From Planctomycetota bacterium (GTDB taxonomy: Bacteria > Planctomycetota > UBA8108 > SXIK01): a stretch of 64,000 nucleotides of DNA. Below the pieces are notes generated by a model. It did not search any database. It worked only from the letters and a program-made list of their open reading frames with translations, and was not told where the DNA came from. Below are positions 27,831 to 37,864 of this stretch, one piece after another. The translations under genes were made by a program, and so were the position numbers. The DNA lies in assembly GCA_965223265.1 (NCBI GenBank), contig OZ244999.1, forward strand, positions 7,488,001 through 7,552,000, in the 5' to 3' direction. Positions within the stretch are counted from its first letter, which is position 1. Every line of letters begins with the position of its first letter.

Positions 27831-29573
27831 TCAAAGCCGCGGCCTCGGCGGCTTGACCGGGTCTCGCCATGGCACGACGCCCGTTGCGTTCAGGCGGCGG
27901 CGGAAGACCTTGTCGGTGCACGTGACGTAGATGTAGTTGAGATCGCGCCCGCCGAAGACAACATTCGAGAGCCACCCGGTCTGCGGTTTCGACAGAATGA
28001 GATGGCAGCGGCCAAGCTGATCGAACACCTGCACGCCCATGCGCGTCGCGACATACAGCCTTCCGTGCGTGTCGACGGTCATGCCATCGGCGCCGCTGTC
28101 GCGGCTGTCGTCTGGCACGTGGACGTGACCGTACTTCTGGCGATGTGCGAGCGAGCCGTCCGACTGAATCTGGAATGAGTAAATGAAACGCCCGCGCGTG
28201 TCGGCGACGAAGAGCAGCGTTTGATCGGCCGATGCGATGACACCGTTCGTGAACTCGATGCCTTCGTCGACAACGCGGCGCTCGCCGCCGTCAGTGGCAT
28301 ACCACACCTTCTTGTTCCTCGGGTCGGTGTAGTAAAGGCCGCCCGGAAGTTTGACGAGGTCGTTCGACGGCGCGCCCTCGAAAACGGTTGTCGCATCGCC
28401 ACTGGCGTCGAAACGCAGAACCTTTTTGGCGCGTCCTTGGCAGGCCCAAAGATCTCCACTGGCGGAAAACATCAGCCCACCCACGCCTTGGTAGCCTTCG
28501 GCGAAGACGGTCACGATGCCATCCAGCCCGACGCGGTGAATTCGTCCCGCCCGTCCGTCCGAGAAGAAAACTTCGCCAGCGGCGTTCGCCGCCGGTCCCT
28601 CGGTGAAGCCGTGCCCATCGCTCACCAGCTCCCAGTCCTCGCCCGAGATGAGAATGTCGGTGAGTCTCTTGGCAGCGCGCCCCGCTGTGATCGGACGGGG
28701 ATAGTCGCGCCAGAGCCAGCGCAGGGCCTCCGGCATGATCGCCGCGGAGTGTTTGCTGTCGTGCCCGCCATCACTCCACGCGTTCTTAACGTCGTAGCCC
28801 GCAAACTGCAGCGACGAGAGCATCGACTGATTCGCCATCCACCAATCGCCGCCGTAGAGATTCAAATCCGCCGAGCCGTCCTGAAGAAAGACGCGAATCG
28901 GCTTCGGTTCGACCTTGCGGATGAGTGCTGAGTACTCGTTGCCGCCGCGCAGGCTGACGTATGTACCGATCGTGCTTAAGACGCGCCGGAACGCGTCGGG
29001 CCGCTCCCAGGCGGCGGTGAACGCACAAATGGCGCCTGAGCTGGCGCCGGCGATCGCGCGGTCGTTCGGGTCGTCGCTGAGGTTGTAGCTCTTCTTCACC
29101 TCCGGGAGGATTTCGTCCAAGAGAAAGCGTGCGTAGCGATCGCCGAGGCCGTCGTACTCGAAGCTGCGATTGAAGCGGGGCTGAGCGTTCTCATGCGGCG
29201 CCGGCACGACGCCGGGGTTCACGAACACACCGATCATTGGCGGCACCTCGCCCCGGTGGATCAGATTGTCGAGCGCCGGCGTCAAGTGCCAACCCTCGGC
29301 GCGCCGGACGCCATCCTGCACGACGAGCACGCATGTCTTTTTCGCCGCGTCGTACTGCGCCGGGACATAAAGCCAGTAGCTGCGAACCGTTCCCGGAAAG
29401 ATCTCACTCTTCCATTCGAAAGGCCCTTTCACCGCGCCTCGGGGCACGCCGGGCTGCAGTTTAGAATCCGGGCCGAGTGGAAACTCCTCCGCTGCGAACC
29501 CCGAAGACTGCTGGATCAAGACAGCGGTTAGGATCATCGTCGTCCACGTCATCGTGCGCATGGGTCTGTGCAT
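27831..29573 (-). CDS. Secreted fusion: enterochelin-esterase-like alpha/beta hydrolase + SMP-30/gluconolactonase
   Basis: IFPGTVRSYWLYVPAQY, NRSFEYD, GASSGAICAF nucleophile elbow; FTEGPA, TNGVIAS, GADGMTVDTHGRLYVAT, SNVVFGG. Confidence 0.85.
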   Translation of the reverse strand: MHRPMRTMTWTTMILTAVLIQQSSGFAAEEFPLGPDSKLQPGVPRGAVKGPFEWKSEIFPGTVRSYWLYVPAQYDAAKKTCVLVVQDGVRRAEGWHLTPALDNLIHRGEVPPMIGVFVNPGVVPAPHENAQPRFNRSFEYDGLGDRYARFLLDEILPEVKKSYNLSDDPNDRAIAGASSGAICAFTAAWERPDAFRRVLSTIGTYVSLRGGNEYSALIRKVEPKPIRVFLQDGSADLNLYGGDWWMANQSMLSSLQFAGYDVKNAWSDGGHDSKHSAAIMPEALRWLWRDYPRPITAGRAAKRLTDILISGEDWELVSDGHGFTEGPAANAAGEVFFSDGRAGRIHRVGLDGIVTVFAEGYQGVGGLMFSASGDLWACQGRAKKVLRFDASGDATTVFEGAPSNDLVKLPGGLYYTDPRNKKVWYATDGGERRVVDEGIEFTNGVIASADQTLLFVADTRGRFIYSFQIQSDGSLAHRQKYGHVHVPDDSRDSGADGMTVDTHGRLYVATRMGVQVFDQLGRCHLILSKPQTGWLSNVVFGGRDLNYIYVTCTDKVFRRRLNATGVVPWRDPVKPPRPRL

Positions 29574-29724
29574 TTTGATCTCGCTCGGATAAGGAATGGC
29601 ACCGTCGGATGCGAAACATAAGGCTGGAGAGGGTGCGGTCGTGCGCGCCGCGCGCTGCCCCTCGACTGAACCGCGAAGCCCTAGATGCGGTCGAGAGAGG
29701 ACGACCACTCGCCGCGCCCTCGGA

Positions 29725-30651
29725 CTACACGACCGCCCCTTGGCGCAGTTCGGACTCCGCCGCCAGAATCGGCTCCACAACAGCCTCGACCTCACGCTTC
29801 TCGGCCACGTTGAGCCGCCGCTGAGGTGGACGCGGCTCGCCGAAGTCGAGTCCTAGCGACTGCATCGCGTGTTTGAGAAACGAGATGTTGTAGGAGCTCC
29901 CAGCACGCGCGCGGTAGTCTTCGATCGGACGCAGGATCGCCTGCAGACGCAGCGCCTCGGTCCAGTCGCCGCGGACCGACGCAGCGTGCATCGCCAGCGT
30001 CAGGCGCGGACAGACGTTACCGGCTCCCGTCGTGTAGCCCGTAGCGCCATGCATCATGAACGCGGGAGCGAACAGCTCCGCGATGCCGCATAGCCACTCC
30101 ACCTCGACTTCCGAGCTGGCCGTCAGGCGCTGAAAAGCGTCGACACCGGTACCAGCATACTTGATCCCGACAACGCACGGATGCGAAGCCAATTCGAGCG
30201 TGAGAGCGTCCGAAGGAAAGTCGCCACGTTTGTAGAAGAGTGCGGGCGCACGCAGCGTGTCGAAGATCGCCGTGTAGTATTCGCGCAGCCCGGTGTCCGA
30301 GAGGTACGGTGCAGCGGGCGGCATGACGAGGATCGCATCGGCGCCTGCTGCGAGAGCATTCGCGCCGGTCTCGATTGCACACGGCAGTTGGAAGCCGACT
30401 GGAGCAATCAGGACAGCATCGCTGCCGATCGCAGCGCGAACGCACCGCACCGTCTGCACGACCTCGTCGCTGGTGAGGCTGTGAAACTCGCCGGTTCCGG
30501 CTGCCGGAAGGAAAACACTCACTCCCGCCGCGAGCAGCCGCTCAGCCAACGATGCCATGGGGTTCAGCGCCAGTCTTCCGTCGGCGTCGAACGCCGTCGG
30601 CGGCACGACGTGCACGGTCCGGAGCCGCTCGGGGGCCAATTCGATCGCCAT
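29725..30651 (-). CDS. Dihydrodipicolinate synthase family lyase (5-dehydro-4-deoxyglucarate dehydratase-like)
   Basis: AGTGEFHSLT, GADAILVMPP, VVGIKYA Schiff-base Lys; AGGGAG RBS before ATG 30651. Confidence 0.8.
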   Translation of the reverse strand: MAIELAPERLRTVHVVPPTAFDADGRLALNPMASLAERLLAAGVSVFLPAAGTGEFHSLTSDEVVQTVRCVRAAIGSDAVLIAPVGFQLPCAIETGANALAAGADAILVMPPAAPYLSDTGLREYYTAIFDTLRAPALFYKRGDFPSDALTLELASHPCVVGIKYAGTGVDAFQRLTASSEVEVEWLCGIAELFAPAFMMHGATGYTTGAGNVCPRLTLAMHAASVRGDWTEALRLQAILRPIEDYRARAGSSYNISFLKHAMQSLGLDFGEPRPPQRRLNVAEKREVEAVVEPILAAESELRQGAVV

Positions 30652-30782
30652 GCGGTGCTCCCTGAATTGATGTTCGAAGTGCGAGCGATTATCGTACAAG
30701 TTCGCTTCGCTTAGCCATGAAAACTCGGCCATGGTTCGACATCGCGTCGTCATGCGAAGCCATTTCTAAAGGAGATTCTCAC

Positions 30783-32225
30783 GTGCTGCGCATTCCCATT
30801 CTGCGTTGGGGCCAACCCTACACGAGCCTCGAAGAAGACGACGTCGTCCATTTCATCACCGGCGAGACGCTCGCCAAAGTGAGCCAAGCGAACACTGGGC
30901 TGCTGTCGCGGGACATTCGCCACGCTGCGCGCGCACGGGAATGTCTGCGGGAGATCCCTGCTCGCGATCTCGTTGAGATGATGAAACGTGCTGCTGACGA
31001 CTACTTGAATGGCACGCTGCCGATGGGCGACGGGGAGCAGTCTCCCGACGACTTTGCACGCCAGCAGTCGGCCACGACCGGCCTGCCCGAGCACATGTGC
31101 AAAGCGAACATGCACAAGAATCACTTCGTCTTGACGCACATGGATCAGATGCTCGACGCGCTGACGCGCGGTCTCAATTTGGAGATTCTTACACGCGGCT
31201 ACGGGGTGGAGCCCCGCGGCGTCACCGTCAGTTACCAAGCGCAGACCTCCGCGCTCGGGATGGTGTTGCCGTCGAATTCGCCAGGTGTGCACACGCTCTG
31301 GTTACCGGTGATTCCGATGCAGATCGGACTCGTCCTCAAGCCCGGGCCGCTCGAGCCGTGGACGCCGTATCGCATGGCAGCCGCGTTCACGAAGGCAGGG
31401 GTACCGAAGGAAGCGATCTCAATCTACCCCGGAGGTGCGGCAATGGGCGCCGAAGTGGTGAATCGCTGCGACCGCACGATGATCTTCGGCGGCACGCCGA
31501 CCGTTGAGCTGTACGAAGGGAACTCGAAGGTGCAGGTGCACGGGCCAGGGTTCAGCAAGATCATCTTCGGGGATGACATGGTGGACGATTGGGAGAGGCA
31601 CATCGACCTCATGGCCGATAGCGTCTTTCTCAACAGCGGCCGAGGTTGCATCAACTGTTCGGGCATCTGGGCGTCACGGCACACGAAGGAAATCGCTCAG
31701 GCAATCGCCGAACGCATCGGCCCCGTCGAGGTGAAACCGCCTGAAGACCCCGAAGCGATGCTGGCGGCGTTCACCATGCCTGGTATGGCCAAGGCGATCT
31801 GGAGCATGATCGAAGCCGATCTCAGCGAAGATGGTGTCGAACATGTCACAGAGAAATTCGGACCGCGACTCGTCGAGATGGAGCGCTGCGCGTATCTTCG
31901 TCCCCTCGTTGCGCATTGTGATTCGCCGGACCGCGCGATCGCTTCGAAGGAGTTCATGTTCCCGTTCGTCAGCGTCGTTGAGTGCCCGGAGTCGGAAATG
32001 CTGCAGCGCATGGGCCCGACGCTGGTCTGCTCCGCGATCACGGAGAACGAGCGTCTCGCCGCCGACTTGGCTTCAGCCACGCATGTTGATCGTCTTAACA
32101 TCGGCGCCATACCGACCATCAAGCTCGACTGGCTGCAGCCGCACGAGGGCAACATCGTCGAGTTCCTCTTCCGATCGCGGGCCTACCAAACGTCGCCAGC
32201 GCGGCTCACGGCTGCTACCAGCTGA
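30783..32225 (+). CDS. Aldehyde dehydrogenase-fold acyl reductase (LuxC/GriD-like)
   Basis: AAGGAG RBS before GTG; VLPSNSPGVH, LKPG..EPWTPYR, FGG, HGPGFSK, NSGRGCINCS catalytic Cys, EFMFPFVSV. Confidence 0.78.
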   Translation: MLRIPILRWGQPYTSLEEDDVVHFITGETLAKVSQANTGLLSRDIRHAARARECLREIPARDLVEMMKRAADDYLNGTLPMGDGEQSPDDFARQQSATTGLPEHMCKANMHKNHFVLTHMDQMLDALTRGLNLEILTRGYGVEPRGVTVSYQAQTSALGMVLPSNSPGVHTLWLPVIPMQIGLVLKPGPLEPWTPYRMAAAFTKAGVPKEAISIYPGGAAMGAEVVNRCDRTMIFGGTPTVELYEGNSKVQVHGPGFSKIIFGDDMVDDWERHIDLMADSVFLNSGRGCINCSGIWASRHTKEIAQAIAERIGPVEVKPPEDPEAMLAAFTMPGMAKAIWSMIEADLSEDGVEHVTEKFGPRLVEMERCAYLRPLVAHCDSPDRAIASKEFMFPFVSVVECPESEMLQRMGPTLVCSAITENERLAADLASATHVDRLNIGAIPTIKLDWLQPHEGNIVEFLFRSRAYQTSPARLTAATS

Positions 32226-32307
32226 GAGTCGCACGCTACGGTGCGCTCGCGAACCGTTCTTTTCGCGACGTTCCGTCCACTCAAGTGGACGCTGCTCAAC
32301 GCCAGCC

Positions 32308-33432
32308 TCAATAGACGCCGACGGTGGTCCCCGAAGCGAGCTGGCTGAACGGCCGGACGCCGCTGACTCCGTCCCACGGATAGAGCTCGTGCGGCGGTTC
32401 ACGCTCGCCCTCGTCGCGCTCGAGAAAACCAGGCACGAAGAGCTCCTTGGTCAGCGTCGTCAAACGAACACGTCCTGTTCCGCCGTAATCGACCACGCGT
32501 GACGGATCGTCAAAATCAACGACCTCGACCACGGCACGCGGCTGCGGGGCATAGTAGGCGATCTTGTAGCCGTCGTCCGGCGTCACGGGCTTTGAGCACG
32601 CGAGCCCCATGAGCGTGTTGCCATAGGTCGGCGTCATGTAGACACCGCTCGTGAGCAGCTCTTCCATAGCGAACCGAGTCCACTGCGGCGTGAACTCGGT
32701 GCCACCGGAAAAGATTCCGGTGATTCCGCTCGCGGCGATGCTGGTGCCCTGCTTCTCGAGCTCGAGGGCCAATGCCTCGAGGAGCTTCGGCGTGGTGAAA
32801 AGGCATTTGATCTCGTGCCCAGCGCTAAGCAGCGTTACCGCTTGGTCCGTGACGTGCTGTTTGTACGCCTCGAGCTCGCGCGACCACCCCTTCTTGATCA
32901 TCTTGATGACCCAACGGGGATCGAGGTCAACGCAGAAGCAGATGCCGCCACGGTGCTGGCAAAGGTGCTCGACCGCCAGTCGCAACCGGCGCGGCCCCGA
33001 CGGCCCGAGCATGAGCCAGTTCGCACCGCGCGGAAAGTACTCGTCGGGAAGAGTTTTGCTGAACTCCTCGTAATCGATGCGAAAGTCGTCCCAGACAACG
33101 CGACTCTTCGGTACTCCCGTCGTGCCGCCAGTCTCGAAAACAAACGCCGGTTTGTCGGCGTACTGCTTAGGCATCCAGCGCCGCACCGGTCCGCCGCGGA
33201 GCCAATCATCCTCGAAGAGTGGAAATTTCTTCAAATCGGAGAACGAGCTCACCTCTCGGCGTGGGTCCCACCCGAGCTTCGCGGCGTAATCGAGCCAAAA
33301 GGGACAACCGGTGTCCGGATTGAAGTGCCACTCGATCATCTCGCGCACGCGCGCATCGAGCTGCTCCCGAGCGTTTGTGGCGGCGGCTTGAAGCTGTGGT
33401 GGAATCCCGGTGGTTGCAGTCTCTGCGTTCAC
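32308..33432 (-). CDS. Short adenylate-forming (ANL-like) protein, LuxE/GriC/EhpF-like
   Basis: WHFNPDTGCPFW, FETGGTTGVPK P-loop, VDLDPRWV, YGNTLMG, GRVRLTTLTKELFVPGFLERD. Confidence 0.72.
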   Translation of the reverse strand: MNAETATTGIPPQLQAAATNAREQLDARVREMIEWHFNPDTGCPFWLDYAAKLGWDPRREVSSFSDLKKFPLFEDDWLRGGPVRRWMPKQYADKPAFVFETGGTTGVPKSRVVWDDFRIDYEEFSKTLPDEYFPRGANWLMLGPSGPRRLRLAVEHLCQHRGGICFCVDLDPRWVIKMIKKGWSRELEAYKQHVTDQAVTLLSAGHEIKCLFTTPKLLEALALELEKQGTSIAASGITGIFSGGTEFTPQWTRFAMEELLTSGVYMTPTYGNTLMGLACSKPVTPDDGYKIAYYAPQPRAVVEVVDFDDPSRVVDYGGTGRVRLTTLTKELFVPGFLERDEGEREPPHELYPWDGVSGVRPFSQLASGTTVGVY

Positions 33433-33658
33433 GGCTGCGCACTCTCAGAAGAAGGTCTTGTCGAACGATCGGGGTCCCTGCGGCGGTGTAGACGAAACGG
33501 GCGAATCACCATACCCGAGCCCCGACGGTCAGACAACCCTGACGTCACGCGCAAGCGACCGCACAGCGTGCAGACGTCCGCTTCAAGCTAGTCTAAACAG
33601 CCCTGGAGTGCGGAACCCATCGGGCCAGGCGGGGCGACAGGGACAAGTCGGGTCAGCG

Positions 33659-34774
33659 TTAGTCGAGCGCCAGGTTCGAAGCCTTCAGAACCGTCTCCTG
33701 CACAGCGTCGTCATGGTCGTACGAGTACCGAAACTCGGCCTCACCCCGGATCGCCCGGGCGAGTTCGGCAGCGTCTCCCACATAGCGCCGATACGGCGGA
33801 AAACGCACGTCCTGATAACCCTTGGTGTACTGACCGCGCGGGCCGGCGAGAGCCAGGCGTACAGCCGGCCGGTCGAGAGGCTCGATGTGGATCGTCCCTT
33901 CGGTCCCACAAAGAACGAAGTGGCGCCGTGCAAAGCCCTCGACCTCCTGCGCACTCGACTTGATGCTGGCGATGGCCTTCGGATATTCACAAACGGCCAG
34001 CATGTTGTCGTTGAGATTGTCATCGCGCTGTGAAGCATGCCGCACGAACGGAGTCACGTTTGTCGGTCGACCAAGGACACCGACGACGAGATCGATGATG
34101 TGACAACCGAGCTCGAACATCATGCCGCCAGGATAGGTCGCGAGCTCCTGCCGTGAGGCGTTGCCCACGACCTTACTCATCACCGTGTGAATCTCGAACG
34201 GCTCCCCGAGCCAGCCTTTGGCGAGAAGTTCGTGCATGAGCACAACGCCTGGGTTGTACCGATACATGTAACCCATCTGTACGAGAAGCTTCTTCGCCTT
34301 CGCTTTGGCTACGATGCGACGGAAATGGGGCAATGAGGATCCCGCGGGTTTGTCGAGGTGAATGTGCATCCCCGCATCGATACACGCCTGCGCGTTGTCG
34401 AGCAGGTCGCGCACCTTCGTCTCCACCGCGACGAGCTGCAGGCCAGGGACATTCAGAAGCTCATCCCGCGACATCCACGGTACTCCGGAGTAAGTCTTCG
34501 AGCTCTCGGCGCGCTTCTTGAGTTCCGAATCGGGTTCGACCACGCCCACCACTTCGTACTCTGGCGACTCCCTATAGACGGCCATCTTCCCGGCAGCATG
34601 GCCGTGACCAACGCCGATCTGGCCGACCTTAATCCTCTCCCGCTGCACACCACCCAGCAGACGAGCCCCAAGTCCCGTCGCCACACTCACCGAGGCCGAC
34701 TTCCTGAGGAACGAACGTCTTGAGACGGTGGCTGAACCAAGACTGCTAACGCTTTCAGAACCAAAGTGCTGCAT
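33659..34774 (-). CDS. Gfo/Idh/MocA family oxidoreductase with Tat signal
   Basis: SRRSFL Tat motif; GQIGVGHGHA, HIHLDKP, QMGYMYRYNP, ELGCHIID. Confidence 0.88.
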   Translation of the reverse strand: MQHFGSESVSSLGSATVSRRSFLRKSASVSVATGLGARLLGGVQRERIKVGQIGVGHGHAAGKMAVYRESPEYEVVGVVEPDSELKKRAESSKTYSGVPWMSRDELLNVPGLQLVAVETKVRDLLDNAQACIDAGMHIHLDKPAGSSLPHFRRIVAKAKAKKLLVQMGYMYRYNPGVVLMHELLAKGWLGEPFEIHTVMSKVVGNASRQELATYPGGMMFELGCHIIDLVVGVLGRPTNVTPFVRHASQRDDNLNDNMLAVCEYPKAIASIKSSAQEVEGFARRHFVLCGTEGTIHIEPLDRPAVRLALAGPRGQYTKGYQDVRFPPYRRYVGDAAELARAIRGEAEFRYSYDHDDAVQETVLKASNLALD

Positions 34775-35081
34775 GATCTCCCCCGGACGCTGGTAGTTGG
34801 TCGTGTGGTTGAGCTAGTTCGCCGACTCGGCAGCTTCGTTCGGTTCTGTAGGCCATCCGTGCGACAGATTCGCGCGAGATACGCCTACGGGTCGCCCACG
34901 GGGCGACGCGTGGCGCTATGCGCTGCGAAACTTCGTCCGTGCCGAACGATTTGCAACTCGCATGGTTAGACGTTTCACTGCCACCCCGACGTTTGGCGCA
35001 AAAACCGAAGTTTAGCTGGAACCCATCGAACCGACTGACGTAGCTTATTATGCCGCACCAACCAAAACCGGTCGAAGCAAA

Positions 35082-35915
35082 ATGAAGCTCTATAGAACTC
35101 GCCAGAGCCCCCTCCTCGCAGTTCAGAATCGTTTTTTCTCCGTCGATGACGTCTCCTGGGACGAACTCTTCGCGATGGACGATCCTGGTTTGCACCTGCG
35201 CAACTACGTCTCGCGCAAGCCTCTCGATGAGAACTTCGAACTGCGAACGATCGAGCTCTTGGCACCGATCGTTTCGCAGGAGGTGTGGGCGGCAGGAGTC
35301 ACCTACTACCGCAGCCGTGACGCCCGCATGGCAGAGTCGAGCGAAGCCGGTGGGAGCGACTTCTACGACCGCGTCTACGACGCACCGCGCCCGGAGCTCT
35401 TTTTCAAGGCGTCGGCGCATCGCGTCGTGGGCCCAGGTTCGTCGGTTCGCGTCCGAAGCGACTCCAAGTGGAACGTTCCTGAACCTGAGCTGACGCTGGC
35501 GATCACGCGGGCCGGACACATCTTCGGTTACACGATCGGCAACGACATGAGCTCCCGTGACATCGAAGGGGAAAACCCGCTGTATCTGCCGCAGGCGAAG
35601 GTCTACGATCGCAGCTGTGCGCTCGGCCCGTGCATTCTCATCACCCAACAACCACTACCGAAAACGACGGAGATCCGACTCGAGATCCGGCGTCAAGGTG
35701 AGAAGGCGTTCGCCGGATCGACGACTCTCGCGCAGCTGAAGCGCGAGCCGCAAGAGCTCGTCGACTACCTGATGCGCGATAACAGCTTCCCACACGGGTG
35801 TTTTCTTATGACGGGCACCGGCATCGTGCCGGACGATCGTTTCTCTCTGGAGCCAAGTGACGAAATCCGCATCGAGATCGATCCAATTGGACGCTTGACC
35901 AATCGCGTCAAGTAG
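35082..35915 (+). CDS. Fumarylacetoacetate-hydrolase-family 2-keto-3-deoxy-pentonate dehydratase (XylX/KdaD-like)
   Basis: [60 protein letters not shown]. Confidence 0.82.
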   Translation: MKLYRTRQSPLLAVQNRFFSVDDVSWDELFAMDDPGLHLRNYVSRKPLDENFELRTIELLAPIVSQEVWAAGVTYYRSRDARMAESSEAGGSDFYDRVYDAPRPELFFKASAHRVVGPGSSVRVRSDSKWNVPEPELTLAITRAGHIFGYTIGNDMSSRDIEGENPLYLPQAKVYDRSCALGPCILITQQPLPKTTEIRLEIRRQGEKAFAGSTTLAQLKREPQELVDYLMRDNSFPHGCFLMTGTGIVPDDRFSLEPSDEIRIEIDPIGRLTNRVK

Positions 35916-36062
35916 GTCAGCGTTGCAGGGCGGTGTACGGCGATGCGGCTCGGTTTCTGACCGGCTGCGCGTCCGCCGCGCTCAACAAAAGAGCGAGGGG
36001 ATGACGACGATCGGTCCCCTCCGAGACGTGTGACATCGAACTTTCAACAGGTGACTCACCGC

Positions 36063-37655
36063 ATGCAACTTCACGGCAAAAACTTCATCGCTGGTTCGCT
36101 TTCAGCCTCGCAAGGCGATACCTTCCGAGGCGTCAACCCGGCCACAAGCCAAGAGCTGGAGCCGTCGTTTCCGGAGTCGACCATGGCTGACGTCGACACC
36201 GCCCTGCAGGCGGCAGCCGATGGGTTCGACGCCGTGCGCAGCGTTTCGGCAGACGATCGTGCGGCCTTTCTCGACCGCATTGCTGAAGAAATCCTGGCGC
36301 TCGGGGACGCGCTGATCGAGCGAGCAGGCGAGGAGTCTGGACTCCCGGCGGCACGTTTGACCGGAGAGCGCGGCCGAACAGTCGGCCAGATTCGCGCCTT
36401 CGCCGACGTCGTCCGTGAAGGTTCATGGGTGGATGCCTGCATCGACCACGCCATCCCCGACCGCGAACCGCTCCCGAAACCGGACGTGCGGCGCATGTTG
36501 ATTCCTCTTGGTCCCGTCGCAGTTTTTGGCGCCAGCAACTTTCCGCTCGCGTTCTCGGTTGCCGGAGGCGACGCAGCCTCCGCGCTCGCCAGTGGTTGCC
36601 CGATTGTCGTCAAGGCGCACCCCGCACATCCGGGGACGTCAGAACTCGTCGCTGCGGCGATCGACAAGGCCGCAAAGGCAACGAACATGCCCGCCGCCAT
36701 CTTTTCGATGCTCCACGGGCGAAGTCATTCTGTCGGTCTCGGACTGGTGGAGCACGACGCGACGAGCGCCGTTGGGTTCACCGGGTCTCTAGGCGGCGGC
36801 CGCGCCCTCTTCGACGCCGCAGCGCGGCGAATGAACCCGATACCGGTGTACGCGGAGATGGGCAGCACCAATCCTGTCTTCATGCTGCCGGGCGCCCTTG
36901 CCGAGCGCGGCGAGCAACTGGCCGCTGGCATGCAGCAATCAGTGACGCTTGGCGTTGGGCAGTTCTGCACCAATCCCGGCCTCGTTGTGTGCGAGAAAGG
37001 TGCCGCACGCGACAAGTTTGTCGACGCTCTGCAGAGCGCGATCGAAGCGTCGGCGCCCGCGACGATGCTACACGGCGGCATCCGCGACAGCTACGAGGCG
37101 GGCATCAAGCGGCTCAGTTCGACAGCCGGCGTCAGTGTTCTCGCCGCGTCGAGCCAATCCTGCGATGCCACCAAAACCGAGGCTGGCGCCGCTCTGTTCG
37201 GGACTGACGCTGCCGCCTTCCTCGCTGACCAAACGCTAGCAGAGGAGGTGTTCGGACCGTCGACTGTGCTCGTCAACTGCGGCTCGCGGGAAGAACTCGA
37301 ACGCATCGCTTCCAGTCTCGACGGCCATTTAACGGCGACCGTTCATGGCACGCCTCAAGACTTGAAGGACTATGCTTCCTTGGTGTCGATTCTCGAAAAG
37401 AAAGTCGGCCGACTCATCTTCAACGGCTTCCCGACGGGAGTCGAAGTCTGCCCGTCGATGCATCACGGCGGTCCCTATCCAGCGACGACGGACGGACGCA
37501 CCACGTCCGTCGGTACGGCGGCCATCACACGTTTCGCTCGCCCTCTCTGCTACCAAGGCTGGCCGAACGAGTCGCTGCCAGAAGAACTCCGCGACGACAA
37601 CCCGCGCGGGATCTGGCGACTCGTGGATGGCGAGCGGACTCGGGCGACGTCCTGA
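36063..37655 (+). CDS. Alpha-ketoglutaric semialdehyde dehydrogenase (NADP+)-type aldehyde dehydrogenase
   Basis: GPVAVFGASNFPLAFSVAGGD, KAHPAHP, GFTGS, AEMGSTNP, GQFCTNPG, EEVFGP, NGFPTGVEV, HGGPYPAT. Confidence 0.88.
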   Translation: MQLHGKNFIAGSLSASQGDTFRGVNPATSQELEPSFPESTMADVDTALQAAADGFDAVRSVSADDRAAFLDRIAEEILALGDALIERAGEESGLPAARLTGERGRTVGQIRAFADVVREGSWVDACIDHAIPDREPLPKPDVRRMLIPLGPVAVFGASNFPLAFSVAGGDAASALASGCPIVVKAHPAHPGTSELVAAAIDKAAKATNMPAAIFSMLHGRSHSVGLGLVEHDATSAVGFTGSLGGGRALFDAAARRMNPIPVYAEMGSTNPVFMLPGALAERGEQLAAGMQQSVTLGVGQFCTNPGLVVCEKGAARDKFVDALQSAIEASAPATMLHGGIRDSYEAGIKRLSSTAGVSVLAASSQSCDATKTEAGAALFGTDAAAFLADQTLAEEVFGPSTVLVNCGSREELERIASSLDGHLTATVHGTPQDLKDYASLVSILEKKVGRLIFNGFPTGVEVCPSMHHGGPYPATTDGRTTSVGTAAITRFARPLCYQGWPNESLPEELRDDNPRGIWRLVDGERTRATS

Positions 37656-37864
37656 GTGCGACCCGGTCCTGACGGTCCCAGGTAGAGCATTCCCCCGAAG
37701 CGGGTCGGGTCCGTCCGAGTTCCGTGTCGTCTTCTAACGCTAACCGAGGCGCGTTCCCAGAATCGCTCCCGCCTCTTCGTACGTCGACGGAATTCGACAC
37801 GGAGCTACCGCCGCGGAACCAAACGGCTCAAGTCGAGCGTGAGCGCTATCTGAATGCCATCGAT

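Noticed and set aside
30783-33432. Bioluminescence (lux) operon
   Set aside because: No luxA/B/D; the motifs fit GriC/GriD-like proteins better than true LuxC/LuxE.
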